Of a stretch of 64,000 bases of DNA, positions 44,359-54,034 are shown piece after piece. Below the pieces are notes generated by a model. The model had not been told where the DNA came from and made no database searches. It saw only the letters and a program-made list of their open reading frames with translations. The position numbers and the translations under genes are program-made. The stretch comes from a virus (taxonomy: Duplodnaviria > Caudoviricetes), in the IMG/VR virus record IMGVR_UViG_3300012953_000026, positions 1,797 through 65,796 of that record. One strand, written 5' to 3'. Position 1 is the stretch's first letter, and every line of letters starts with the position of its first letter.

Positions 44359-47300
44359 TTATTCTTCTTGCCGTTTACCAAGCGAGGCCTGGTTTTTCTT
44401 AAAATCATCTTGAGCCGCTGAAGACTTTATACCGTATTCTTCAACATTCGCTAGCTCATCACCCGCCAGATGCGCAGAGATATCGCCGACAGGGTAGAGA
44501 GGTGCTCTCATTCCGCCCTGGCTATCCATACCTGGGGCGACATCATGGACAGGAGCGAAGCTGATGTTTACTCTTATCATCTTGGGGGCGCGCCTGGTTA
44601 TTGATCCTGTCTCGTAAGTAGCATCAGCATAATCAAAATCCAGACTAGTAATAAATCCTGCAAGGCCTCGGCCTTGAGTCGATTCATAGGCCTGCATTAT
44701 GGAGTTCTTCTTTGAATCAAAAAACTCACCTGCCTTAGCCGCTTTGGAGAGATCGTTTAAAGTGTTCTCAATTGGTGCCGCTTCTGTAACTACCGGTCGT
44801 AGATCGGAAGCCAGTACGATCATTTCAAAATCTGCCTTGTCGTGAGGATTAGCGGGATCTTTTGGGTTCTGAAACTCAACCCTATACTGGAATGGTTTCT
44901 TTATGACTTGACCCTCATGATCTAGATCTGAAACGTCTGGTCCACCTGGCCGATCTTCTGCTTTGGAAATCTTAACGACAGCTTCAGCTCTAGTCCAGGT
45001 GTAAAACGGCACTTTAGGAGGACCAAACAGCCCTCCACCAGCCTTCTTCAGAGTAACATAGGGATGAGAAGTTGACCTCTTTAATATCGCAAAACTGCCA
45101 GCGCCTAAACTGTCTTGCTCGAATAACGTATCAGCCGCAAGATCTGTAACAGTCTCAAATTTGGTTACCTGTTCATTGGCCTTACCTTCTTCGATACCCG
45201 GGCTGGAACCGAAACTAAACTTTGGCTCTTCTCCCCCAGTTTCTTGAAGGCCGAATAGTTTCATCAAGTTAAACTTACTACCATTCGATCTAATAAAGTC
45301 TCCAATCCTTAACCTGATCATTGGACTGGCTGTCGGGATTTGTGAAAACGGCATTATGAAACTCTTTTTGCCAGAAGCCAGTTGTCTACCCTCAGACCAC
45401 TGGGGATAAACCATGTTCGTCAGCTTATTCACGCTTAACCACATAGAATCAAAATCGTCTTGTGAAGTCGCGACGAGCCAAAACCCGACGTTGATAGAGC
45501 GAGATGTCTTATTGTAGATCTTAACAGGATCGATCCTGCCATAAGCGTCAGTATCAGAATACGACACAGAGAAAGAGTCTTTCATATCGGTGATAAAAGC
45601 GTGAAAACTTATGATCTCGTTTGTTCTAAGATCATGAAAATAAAACGGCATGTACTCTGACTCTAATTCGTTTTCAAATTCGCGGGCGGATTCCGAAGTC
45701 AATCTTCCATTTGCAACAAAGTTTATTTTTCTTCTATGATCTTCTGAGCCCTCGAAATCGCCGGCTTTGGCAGCTACAGCTTGCATCACGTCTGGGCCAT
45801 TATTGACTATCCCTTTAGCGTTCAGCAGCTCTACCGGTAAAATCATTCTCGCGGGTGCTGCTCGATGCCGCCAAACCAATGCATTAGAAACTCGATTGAC
45901 TCGGCTCTTTGTAACTCTTGTCGCACCGTTATCTTCCATGGAGTCTATCAGCTGACCGCCTAGGCCTGAGAAGTCACTAATCTCTCCCATCTTGCAGCGC
46001 TCACCGACGATGGCGACAGCCATAAAAAACCGGAACGACGATAAACCAGAAAACAGCGAAAGCAACTTTACCAGAACAGCCTTGACAGACCCCCCTAGAA
46101 GGGCTGCTTCGCCAATAGCACCTAAAACCATTAGGGGGTCGGTGAAAGTAGCTATAATCTTCGAATTGTCCCTCATAATGTTACGCATCAGGTTAACATA
46201 GAAACCTTTTGACTCATTAATCCTGTCAATAAATTCAAAAATGTTAATTGCCTCACCGGCGAACCAGAGACCTAGAGAAAGAAAATTGCCAAGATCATCA
46301 TCCGGGCGGGCTTTTGGCCACTTCATTCGAAAAAAAGCAGCCAAACCATAAGCGATGCATGTAAAAACCGGGAAGCGTAAATTTGGTACACCTATGTCGA
46401 TAAGAGCTGCTGCAGGTGCGTCAGTAGAGCGGCCCATTGGTAATGAGCCAGGATCTTTACCTTGCGCTCTTTCATCGGTAAACTCTTTAAACAAAAACTC
46501 TAAGAATATGCCGATCACAAAGCTCAGCCCAAAAAGAGTTATCAGACCTTGAAGTATAAAAGTGGTGGCCGCTAATGGGTTACCTGTGAAGGTTTCAAGA
46601 TAAGAGTTTGTGGCACCGAATGATTTACCGTCGTTTATAGATACAAAATGATCTTCGTCGCCTTCATCACCAACGGTGGCATCCAATAAGGGGCGTCCGA
46701 GCTCTCCGTCCGGACCGGTTCTATTAGATCCGTTATGGGCATTGGAGGCCAGAGTGTCCCTTATAGGGATCCGGGTGTCGACGAAAGATCCAGGAGCCAC
46801 TGTTATAAAGTTCTCGCCGTCCGGATCATCATCAGGACCAGCGTGGCCAGTCTGCTTAAGCATTAAAGAGGTAGCGACTTTCCTGAGCTTGCTTACAGCT
46901 AGGTCCCCTAGAGGAGTATTTTTGGTGTATACCCCTAGCTCTGGCTGGATTGATCCATAAGCGGCACCGGGATTTGTGAACTGGCCGTCTCGAATATAGG
47001 GAGATTCTTCTGAGGGCGAAAATCTATTATGCTGAGTCAATATTGAAGAAATTCTTTTTTGAACGACTGGTGCGTCATCAGGTAACTTGTATGACTCTTT
47101 ATCGACCCCAGTCGGATCAGTCAACGCTGCGTCTTCGTTTTTCCTGGTGGGCTTTATCTCTCTAAGGAGACTGTGGCCTGGACCTCTTTGGTTTTTATCA
47201 AAAAAAGTCTTAAGTGTTGCTGTTCTATCTTCAAGCTCAGTGAATCTTCCAGAATCAGAATAACTCCGCAGAGCATTGGCTTCTTGAGAATCTTCTGATA

Positions 47301-47607
47301 GTGACACAAACTGAGCGTCGTTTGTATCGACCCTGATCTCTGCGACACGATCTCCTGAATTTGTTTGAGTGTCTATTTCATCGTCTAAGCTTTTCTTTTC
47401 TTTTGTCTTAGGATCTATCAAGGATTCATGTGATATCGGGAATGCATTCTTTTTTTCGTGAGTTAACCCGCTTAGGAAATCTTTCAGAGTGGCCTTCGTG
47501 TGGGAGGATAGATCATCCTTATCTATTTCGACCCTACCGGGCCGACCGTTATCAGGGGCACCGAATTCACCGGAAGCCTCCGGATATATCTTCTTCTCGT
47601 CAGACAC
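44359..47607 (-). CDS. large baseplate protein with tube-initiator-like C-terminal domain and hydrophobic central segments (1082 aa)
   Basis: MPFYFHDLRTNEIISFHAFITDMKDSFSV.Y....YGRIDPVKIYNKTSRSINVGFW resembles tube-like baseplate domains; follows the tape measure. Confidence 0.55.
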   Translation of the reverse strand: MSDEKKIYPEASGEFGAPDNGRPGRVEIDKDDLSSHTKATLKDFLSGLTHEKKNAFPISHESLIDPKTKEKKSLDDEIDTQTNSGDRVAEIRVDTNDAQFVSLSEDSQEANALRSYSDSGRFTELEDRTATLKTFFDKNQRGPGHSLLREIKPTRKNEDAALTDPTGVDKESYKLPDDAPVVQKRISSILTQHNRFSPSEESPYIRDGQFTNPGAAYGSIQPELGVYTKNTPLGDLAVSKLRKVATSLMLKQTGHAGPDDDPDGENFITVAPGSFVDTRIPIRDTLASNAHNGSNRTGPDGELGRPLLDATVGDEGDEDHFVSINDGKSFGATNSYLETFTGNPLAATTFILQGLITLFGLSFVIGIFLEFLFKEFTDERAQGKDPGSLPMGRSTDAPAAALIDIGVPNLRFPVFTCIAYGLAAFFRMKWPKARPDDDLGNFLSLGLWFAGEAINIFEFIDRINESKGFYVNLMRNIMRDNSKIIATFTDPLMVLGAIGEAALLGGSVKAVLVKLLSLFSGLSSFRFFMAVAIVGERCKMGEISDFSGLGGQLIDSMEDNGATRVTKSRVNRVSNALVWRHRAAPARMILPVELLNAKGIVNNGPDVMQAVAAKAGDFEGSEDHRRKINFVANGRLTSESAREFENELESEYMPFYFHDLRTNEIISFHAFITDMKDSFSVSYSDTDAYGRIDPVKIYNKTSRSINVGFWLVATSQDDFDSMWLSVNKLTNMVYPQWSEGRQLASGKKSFIMPFSQIPTASPMIRLRIGDFIRSNGSKFNLMKLFGLQETGGEEPKFSFGSSPGIEEGKANEQVTKFETVTDLAADTLFEQDSLGAGSFAILKRSTSHPYVTLKKAGGGLFGPPKVPFYTWTRAEAVVKISKAEDRPGGPDVSDLDHEGQVIKKPFQYRVEFQNPKDPANPHDKADFEMIVLASDLRPVVTEAAPIENTLNDLSKAAKAGEFFDSKKNSIMQAYESTQGRGLAGFITSLDFDYADATYETGSITRRAPKMIRVNISFAPVHDVAPGMDSQGGMRAPLYPVGDISAHLAGDELANVEEYGIKSSAAQDDFKKNQASLGKRQEE

Positions 47608-47780
47608 TATTTCTTATCCACAACTTCTTCTTTTATGTGCTTTAAGAGACCGCGCTTTGTCGACGGATGCTCAAAAAGCCTCTTTATATTATCTATTATT
47701 TCATCATACTTGTCAAAAGGAAAACTTTCTAAAAGATTTCCATAAACTTTCTCTATTTTTTCTTTCTCTTCTTTTGTCAT
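47607..47780 (-). CDS. small hypothetical protein (57 aa; below the track cut-off)
   Basis: Manual translation MTKEEKEKIEKVYGNLLESFPFDKYDEIIDNIKRLFEHPSTKRGLLKHIKEEVVDKK*; its TAG overlaps the next GTG. Confidence 0.6.
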   Translation of the reverse strand: MTKEEKEKIEKVYGNLLESFPFDKYDEIIDNIKRLFEHPSTKRGLLKHIKEEVVDKK

Positions 47781-47795
47781 TCTATTTAATATCCG

Positions 47796-50700
47796 TTAGG
47801 CTAGCTGTAGTGTTCTTTCTCTCATCTGCACATTATCTGTCAAGACGTCAACCAGTTTGTTTGCGTCGAGCTGGACGGTCATATTAACAGTAAAATTAAG
47901 GGCTTCGTTTTGGACCGTGAACGTGTCTCCAGAGATGCCCATCGCGTCAGCAAACGTCTGTAATTTGACACTCATGTCTATTGGGTTATTGCTGATTTGC
48001 ATTAGCGCTGTTACGGTGGTCTCATAAGCTTCTACGATTCCGCCTACAGCTGCAGCCACCTGGCCGTCAGGACCAAAATACTCAGCCTTAAACCCATTGA
48101 CTATAGATATCATGTTGGTCATGGCAGTTGCGAGTACACCAAAAGGAGCCCCAACGTCAGAGATACCTGTGAGGTGTGCACCTGCCTCTTTTATGAGTTC
48201 AGCCATCTGCTTGACAGCTGTCACTAGAACATCCTTTAGAGATTTACCACTTCTGCCGCTGAACATGCCACCCTGCTCGTCTATATTAACAAACTCCATA
48301 GTCGAAATTTTCTGCATAGCTTTGTTTATGGATGGAAGCACCTTATCAGCTACCAAAGCGATCTTGTCTAATTGAGTTTGTATCGCTGATATATCTATTT
48401 TGTCAGCCTTTGCCAATTCTTTACCTAACGTGACCATACCTTCGATAGCTTTACTAATCGCGCCGCCTGGCTGGACCATGTTAGATATTGTATCAAACAT
48501 CTGCTCCACTTCTTTCATCGCGGTCTGAGTGCTGGTTGTCACGCCGTCTTGCTTCTCGACCATACCTTGGAATTTCTCGATGGAGCTCATAACTTTTACA
48601 ATAGCGCCCATAATTGCGTCAAGAGCTTTTGCTTGCTCAGCGACCTTTTTAGGATCTTTGCCTTTCATCGCTTTCGTCATGACGTTGACTAAGCCAGTAA
48701 TGAACGGAGGAAGCTTTTTATTCAACACGTCAAAAACGCCAACCATACCATCAAGAACAGCATTGGTATTAGGAGCTATCGTACCACCAGAGAGGTACTT
48801 CATAGTGGATGCGTAACTGGCATCATCGGATATCATCTTAAGCGTTGGTGCAAGGGCACCCGCCAATTTTGCTATCGCTCCTATTATTGTAGCAATAGGG
48901 CCTACATTTTTAAGCTCTTGTGCGCTAAATTTCTGAGAAAGCTCTACCAGGTTTGCGACCGTTTGTTCAAGTTGGAACATGATGTCGGAAATGAAGCTAC
49001 CCATAGAATCGATCATGGCAGAAGGTGACCCGCCAGATAGAAGTGTAGCGACTGTTCCAAACATGCCCTGCTGCGGCGCTAGCTCACTCAGTTTGGCCAT
49101 GGCAGAGATTATGTCTTTAACGATACCAACTACCGCAGCAGTCTTCTTTGGATTAGGCACTTTGATCTTGTCTATGCTCTGAACCATGTTGAGTATAGTG
49201 GGGCCAGACTTTATAAAGAACTCTGCGGCCGCGTCGATAGAGGGGCCACCGAACCCTAAAAGAGTAGCGAGGCCGAACTTACCAGACATTTTCAACATCG
49301 TAGCTGTTGTCCCAACAACTTGAGCAATAATTTCAAGTTTTTTCTCAAAGTCCTTGGGGACTGTGAACGCGGCGTCGACAGTAGCAACTGCGCCGGCGAA
49401 AGTCAGCATTCCGCCTGTAAATAAGGCAGCGGCGCCGAGTAGACCAGCTATTATCAGAGGATAACCAATACCAGCTAGTATGCCGAGAGCAGCCATCCCC
49501 AGCAGCCCAACAGTCGCCAGCATCGCCAGGCCGATGGTTTTCATTACCTCTGGGAACGCTTTTATCGCTTCATCAGGAAGAGCCTTACTTAAAGTCCATA
49601 TAGCAGCACCGTAAACCAGCATTCCGCCCGTAAATAAAGCAGCCGCAGCGACCGCACCCACGACAGCTAACGCTATCGCAGCCAAGCTTGTGGGTACGCC
49701 TAGCGGAGCTGCAAGTAGCAACAATCCGACAGTCGCAGTCATGGCAAGACCGATCACTGCCAGCTGACCTATTAACTTCATTAGTGGTATACCTGCCATA
49801 ATCTTTGAGACAGCAAGGAGGCCAGCTGCATAGGCAACCATACCAACAACGAACAAAGTGCCAGCGCCTAACAAACCTAAGAGAGCCAGACCCATAGTCG
49901 CGCCACCGTCAGCGACTAGTAGCGCGGCACCCACCATCATAACAGCTGTCGCGATCATCAAGCCGCCTATGATCGCCATAACAGCAATCAACCGCAGCAA
50001 AGGAATACCCTTTAATATGGCCATCGTCGCAGCGATACCTAGGGCGTAGGCGACCATACCAACCGCGAAAACTAAGCCCGCGCCGATGAGGCCTAAGAGG
50101 GCGTTCGGTATCTGGCCCTTCATTTGAGCAAGAACGTTAGCGGCAATGATCAGTTGTGATGTGGCGTATATGGCTAGCGTTACCACCGCTATTGTCTTTA
50201 TTATACCGCCCCAGCTAACCTTACTTAACATCATAGCGGAAACAGCTACGGCTGCTGCGAACATCACAACACCGACAGAGAATACACCAGCGAGCATGAG
50301 AAGAACAAAGCCTGCTCTCACAATTACCGGCCCAGGAATCGCGCCTATGGATTTGAGGAATGCTGCGATACCTTTTGAGGCAGGTGCGGCTTTCATACCA
50401 GAAGCGCCGGCGGCAGAGGCTGCTTTTGTGGCGACAAGGACCTTAAGCATGCCTGCAGCCACCATCTTTACCAGACCACCAGCCATAGCAAAGGCCAGAC
50501 CCTTTATAAAAGCAAGAATAAACATTGGAGCGATAACATACTTAGCGAAACCCATCGCAATCGGCTTCCAGTTTTCAGAAGCGTATTTCTTGACTTTCTC
50601 AAACATATCCATGACAAGAGGACTAATCTTTTTCCAGACCCAAGAAGTTAGCATCACAAAAAGCTTAAGCATCATTTCGCCTAACTTCTTAAAAGCTTTG

Positions 50701-52460
50701 CCTAGACCTTTCACTGCGCCTTTTTTGTCACCAAAAAACTTTGCAAACTTGTCAGCAAACCCCTGCAAAATCACGTTCGGATCACCCTTGCCGGTGAAAA
50801 GAAAATTCACAAGAGACTTGATATCTGTCTTGATAGTCTTGGCAAAGGCCGCAAACTTCCCTGGATCGAAAATCTTCTTTAGATCTCCGATTATCCCAAG
50901 ATCATTGAGTACCGTACCGAAAATATTACCAATCATCTTACCGAAATTATAGACTTCACGTAAAAACTGCCTGATGGTCTTCATAAGAGAATTGAAGTCT
51001 TTTTGGTAGTAAAGACCTTTACCAAAGCCCTTAAAGAAAGCATCAAAAATACCAGTGAAAGCAGGGCCAGTCTGGACTACTTTCTCAATTGCTTTGGCCA
51101 GCTTAAGCATGACCTCTTTTTCTGACATTTGAGCTTCTTCGGACTCGGCGGCGGCATCAGCAAAATCTGCATAAGCTACACCCTGGTTCTCAGCAGCGAA
51201 TGCGTTCTTTAACGCAGCTTCAGTCAAGCCAGTTTGAGCCATCAAAAGTTTCTTTTCTTGGCGAGTCATTGTCTCCACAGATTTACCCGCAGCGTGAAAA
51301 GAATTTCTTAACATGTCAATACGCTCAGCAGGATTCTCAGCGTTCATCATCTTCATGGTGTCTAGCTGCATGCCGAAAGCTTGGTTTAGCTGAGACACGC
51401 TATCTGCAGCGCTTTCAAAGTCGTCAAACTTGTCGACAACTCCCTTCAGATCTTTCATGTCCATACCGAGTTTTCTGGCGTAAGCTGAAACTGCACCCAT
51501 CTGAGTAGTGGTTATATTACCAAAACTAACAAAATCACCCTTCATGTCAGCAATATCACGTGCAATATCTTTGGAGCTTAAGTTAAACCTGTCAGCCATT
51601 TGAAGAGACATGCTACCGACTTCTGTCATCATATCAGTCTGGGACTTGCCTGATAACTTGGCATCTTTCATGAGCTTACCCATTTGCTCACCAGTCAGCC
51701 CTAGACCCTTTTTAACCATCGCGGCTTTTGCAGCGACTTCCTTAAACTCATCACCAAGTAGATTCATTGCTGGGCCTAGGCCCTTGGCAATCTCGGCGAC
51801 GTCTTTCATCGCTGCTGCCATACCATCTGGGCCGTAACCGTATACCTTACTTAAAGATAAACCGGTGCCAGCAAGGTTACCGGCAGAGCTGCGCATGTCT
51901 TTAAACCCAGCTACGATGTTCTTAGCAGGCCCTTCGGTAAATGAACCAAATTCTTTACGGACGTCTTCGTACGCCTGTCTCAACGCAATACCAGCGCCGG
52001 CGCCTCGGTTAGCCATACCGATCAGTCCGCCCAGGATATCAAATGGCAGCTTAAGAATCGCGGCGCCAATGCTGAATAGACCACTGGTGAAGCTCTTTAT
52101 CATTCCACCGAGGCCGCCCATACTTGCACCGAAATCTTTAAATCCCTGAACAAGACCAACCATGCCACCAGCTGCGGCTGCTTGACCTGTTGAGATCTTA
52201 CTAAAGAATCCGTCAGCTGACTTTGCGTTTTTATCTTGAGACTTGCGAGAAGCTTCTTGGGCTTGAGTTATTTTTTCTTGGCCGGCGACTTGCTTTTGCT
52301 GGTTGGCTGTGGCTTGCTCTGCCGCGGCGTTCATCTCGGCGCCGGCGGCGCACTGTTTTCCACAGGCTTCGTTTAGTTTGTTCTGGAGCTTGATTCGATC
52401 TTGTAGTAGTTTATTAAGCTGGGCTTGTAGTTCAACTTGTTTTCCTAAATCTTCAGCCAC
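47796..52460 (-). CDS. tail tape measure protein (1554 aa)
   Basis: Long Ala/Gly/Met-rich helical protein with a hydrophobic core; follows the tube and chaperone genes. Confidence 0.85.
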   Translation of the reverse strand: MAEDLGKQVELQAQLNKLLQDRIKLQNKLNEACGKQCAAGAEMNAAAEQATANQQKQVAGQEKITQAQEASRKSQDKNAKSADGFFSKISTGQAAAAGGMVGLVQGFKDFGASMGGLGGMIKSFTSGLFSIGAAILKLPFDILGGLIGMANRGAGAGIALRQAYEDVRKEFGSFTEGPAKNIVAGFKDMRSSAGNLAGTGLSLSKVYGYGPDGMAAAMKDVAEIAKGLGPAMNLLGDEFKEVAAKAAMVKKGLGLTGEQMGKLMKDAKLSGKSQTDMMTEVGSMSLQMADRFNLSSKDIARDIADMKGDFVSFGNITTTQMGAVSAYARKLGMDMKDLKGVVDKFDDFESAADSVSQLNQAFGMQLDTMKMMNAENPAERIDMLRNSFHAAGKSVETMTRQEKKLLMAQTGLTEAALKNAFAAENQGVAYADFADAAAESEEAQMSEKEVMLKLAKAIEKVVQTGPAFTGIFDAFFKGFGKGLYYQKDFNSLMKTIRQFLREVYNFGKMIGNIFGTVLNDLGIIGDLKKIFDPGKFAAFAKTIKTDIKSLVNFLFTGKGDPNVILQGFADKFAKFFGDKKGAVKGLGKAFKKLGEMMLKLFVMLTSWVWKKISPLVMDMFEKVKKYASENWKPIAMGFAKYVIAPMFILAFIKGLAFAMAGGLVKMVAAGMLKVLVATKAASAAGASGMKAAPASKGIAAFLKSIGAIPGPVIVRAGFVLLMLAGVFSVGVVMFAAAVAVSAMMLSKVSWGGIIKTIAVVTLAIYATSQLIIAANVLAQMKGQIPNALLGLIGAGLVFAVGMVAYALGIAATMAILKGIPLLRLIAVMAIIGGLMIATAVMMVGAALLVADGGATMGLALLGLLGAGTLFVVGMVAYAAGLLAVSKIMAGIPLMKLIGQLAVIGLAMTATVGLLLLAAPLGVPTSLAAIALAVVGAVAAAALFTGGMLVYGAAIWTLSKALPDEAIKAFPEVMKTIGLAMLATVGLLGMAALGILAGIGYPLIIAGLLGAAALFTGGMLTFAGAVATVDAAFTVPKDFEKKLEIIAQVVGTTATMLKMSGKFGLATLLGFGGPSIDAAAEFFIKSGPTILNMVQSIDKIKVPNPKKTAAVVGIVKDIISAMAKLSELAPQQGMFGTVATLLSGGSPSAMIDSMGSFISDIMFQLEQTVANLVELSQKFSAQELKNVGPIATIIGAIAKLAGALAPTLKMISDDASYASTMKYLSGGTIAPNTNAVLDGMVGVFDVLNKKLPPFITGLVNVMTKAMKGKDPKKVAEQAKALDAIMGAIVKVMSSIEKFQGMVEKQDGVTTSTQTAMKEVEQMFDTISNMVQPGGAISKAIEGMVTLGKELAKADKIDISAIQTQLDKIALVADKVLPSINKAMQKISTMEFVNIDEQGGMFSGRSGKSLKDVLVTAVKQMAELIKEAGAHLTGISDVGAPFGVLATAMTNMISIVNGFKAEYFGPDGQVAAAVGGIVEAYETTVTALMQISNNPIDMSVKLQTFADAMGISGDTFTVQNEALNFTVNMTVQLDANKLVDVLTDNVQMRERTLQLA

Positions 52461-52489
52461 AATGCCCCCAAAAGGTTAACTACTAGATT

Positions 52490-52496
52490 TAATTAT
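52490..52496 (-). promoter_or_regulatory. ATANTTA motif (candidate late promoter)
   Basis: ATAATTA 30 nt upstream of the tape measure start. Confidence 0.35.
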
Positions 52497-52526
52497 TACG
52501 CACAGCAAAAATACATACGTAATAGG

Positions 52527-52784
52527 CTAGAAGGGCCAACAAATGCCTGTCGTTTTTAAGAAATGATTCGCTGCCCTTTTCTTTGTGATAATGGCAGTCT
52601 TTACTTCCAGGATAGTCGCCTGGTCTGAACATAGCGCGTTATATAGCTTCCTGGAGCTAGAAAGGGCTTCTGCGGTGGCTTCTGCAATCTGTTTATCACC
52701 GTTTATTTTGAAGCTCTTATTCTCGCTCATAACATAGGAAGCGCAGTCAGCGAAAAAATCTTTCCATTTTATTTCATTAAGCAT
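52527..52784 (-). CDS. hypothetical protein (85 aa)
   Basis: Located between the chaperone and tape measure genes. Confidence 0.6.
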   Translation of the reverse strand: MLNEIKWKDFFADCASYVMSENKSFKINGDKQIAEATAEALSSSRKLYNALCSDQATILEVKTAIITKKRAANHFLKTTGICWPF

Positions 52785-52789
52785 AACTT

Positions 52790-52796
52790 TAATTAT
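52790..52796 (-). promoter_or_regulatory. ATANTTA motif (candidate late promoter, leaderless spacing)
   Basis: ATAATTA 5 nt before ATG 52784. Confidence 0.3.
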
Positions 52797-53071
52797 GTGA
52801 ATCTTCTCAATTTTGCCGGTACTTGTGCTCGGTGACGCCCCATTAGCGCTCGAGTCTGCGCATCATTTTGATGCGCGGCTCTTGAAGCGGCACCTTCGCC
52901 GCCATTCTTTTTGTTTGTTTCCTTGATCTCTTTGTTGATTCTTTCTATGAACCACAGCCTTTGCCATACGGGAAGTAAATAACACTCTCTATACCCGAAC
53001 CCCATATAGTACATCAATAAGAATATCTGATTTAAGAATACTTCTTTATGATCAGGCGTCAGGCCAAAAAA
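52793..53071 (-). CDS. tail assembly chaperone, C-terminal frameshift extension (GT-like)
   Basis: The frame is open from the T7 run: FFGLTPDHKEVFLNQIFLLMYYMGFGYRECYLLPVWQRLWFIERI... The track reports only 52793-53017. Confidence 0.65.
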   Translation of the reverse strand, partial: FFGLTPDHKEVFLNQIFLLMYYMGFGYRECYLLPVWQRLWFIERINKEIKETNKKNGGEGAASRAAHQNDAQTRALMGRHRAQVPAKLRRFT

Positions 53072-53903
53072 ACGAGGCTCCCAGAGGGAGCTTTACCTCC
53101 GAACTTTCAGTACAATGCGGACACTCCATCCACCCTGAAAGATCTATTCCGGGTTCATTATTATCTAGAAACCTTCTAAGAGCCAAAGAATCTCTTGCCG
53201 GCATGTTTTTCACAAACATCTGGATCTTCGTCTTTTCTCTGATTCCGTTCACTTCAACAAGGGAGTAGATAAGACGCTGGGTTACCATATTGTCTCCAGA
53301 GATGCCTTTCTTTTTCCTTCTTTCAGCTACAGTCATAATCTCTTGCTCTTCAGCACCAGTAAGAAACTTGACCCTGACTGGTAGTTTGGTTACTGGGAGT
53401 GTAAACTCAAACACGTTAGATCCATCCGCTACCGGATTTGTCTCAAGCGTATTTATTGGCATGTCTGTCAGATCAAAGCTTTGCTTTGACCTTTCGCCGC
53501 ACGCGGGACAGTCTACTTCCACCTTATATTCAGGACCATAACCAGTAACTCTTAAAGCAGTCATGATTGCGTTACGATCACCAGACAGCATGCTGGTTGG
53601 ATCAATAGTCTTATCTATTAGACAAGAGCGAAGGAGTTCTGTTATAACTGTCCCCTTTTTGATAAGAGCGCGGGAAGTCAAGATGTCTTCATCCTTGGCT
53701 GTCATCGCTTTTATCTCTAAAGTCTCTTTACCATAGAGCGGACTATCGGCGTTATAGACCTTACCTTTTGATGGTAGTGGTACAGACTCAATTGGTACCT
53801 CGAAACCGAAGTCATCCCTCATTACATTGTTTGTTGGCATACTCGGATTCGGGGAATTGGAGCCAAACAGCTCTTTTCGAGCCTCATCATTACCTTCACT
53901 CAT
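53052..53903 (-). CDS. tail assembly chaperone / T4 gp26-like baseplate hub assembly protein
   Basis: VPLPSKG..Y, MTAKDEDILT, SGDRNAIM.ALR..GYG..Y, two CxxC motifs, ends FFWPDA. Confidence 0.8.
   Translation of the reverse strand: MSEGNDEARKELFGSNSPNPSMPTNNVMRDDFGFEVPIESVPLPSKGKVYNADSPLYGKETLEIKAMTAKDEDILTSRALIKKGTVITELLRSCLIDKTIDPTSMLSGDRNAIMTALRVTGYGPEYKVEVDCPACGERSKQSFDLTDMPINTLETNPVADGSNVFEFTLPVTKLPVRVKFLTGAEEQEIMTVAERRKKKGISGDNMVTQRLIYSLVEVNGIREKTKIQMFVKNMPARDSLALRRFLDNNEPGIDLSGWMECPHCTESSEVKLPLGASFFWPDA
53066..53072 (-). other. candidate programmed ribosomal frameshift site (TTT TTT T; +1 or -2)
   Basis: TCG TTT TTT TGG (..SFFW PDA*) in frame 0 versus TTT TTT GGC CTG (FFGL..) in the shifted open frame. 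Confidence 0.65.
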
Positions 53904-53965
53904 ATAAGCACCTCACTAGTGTTTTGTTAGTAATAAATTTAAAAGGAAAATTAGGGAGCGTAAAT

Positions 53966-54000
53966 AAAAAAAAGTCAAGAAGCGGCAAGCGCTTCTTGAC
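53966..54000 (-). terminator. rho-independent terminator downstream of the tail tube gene
   Basis: 11-bp stem GTCAAGAAGCG / CGCTTCTTGAC with a 5-nt loop, followed by T8 on the minus strand. Confidence 0.8.
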
Positions 54001-54034
54001 AGATTTCTAATTTAAAAGAAAATTATTTTTTGAA

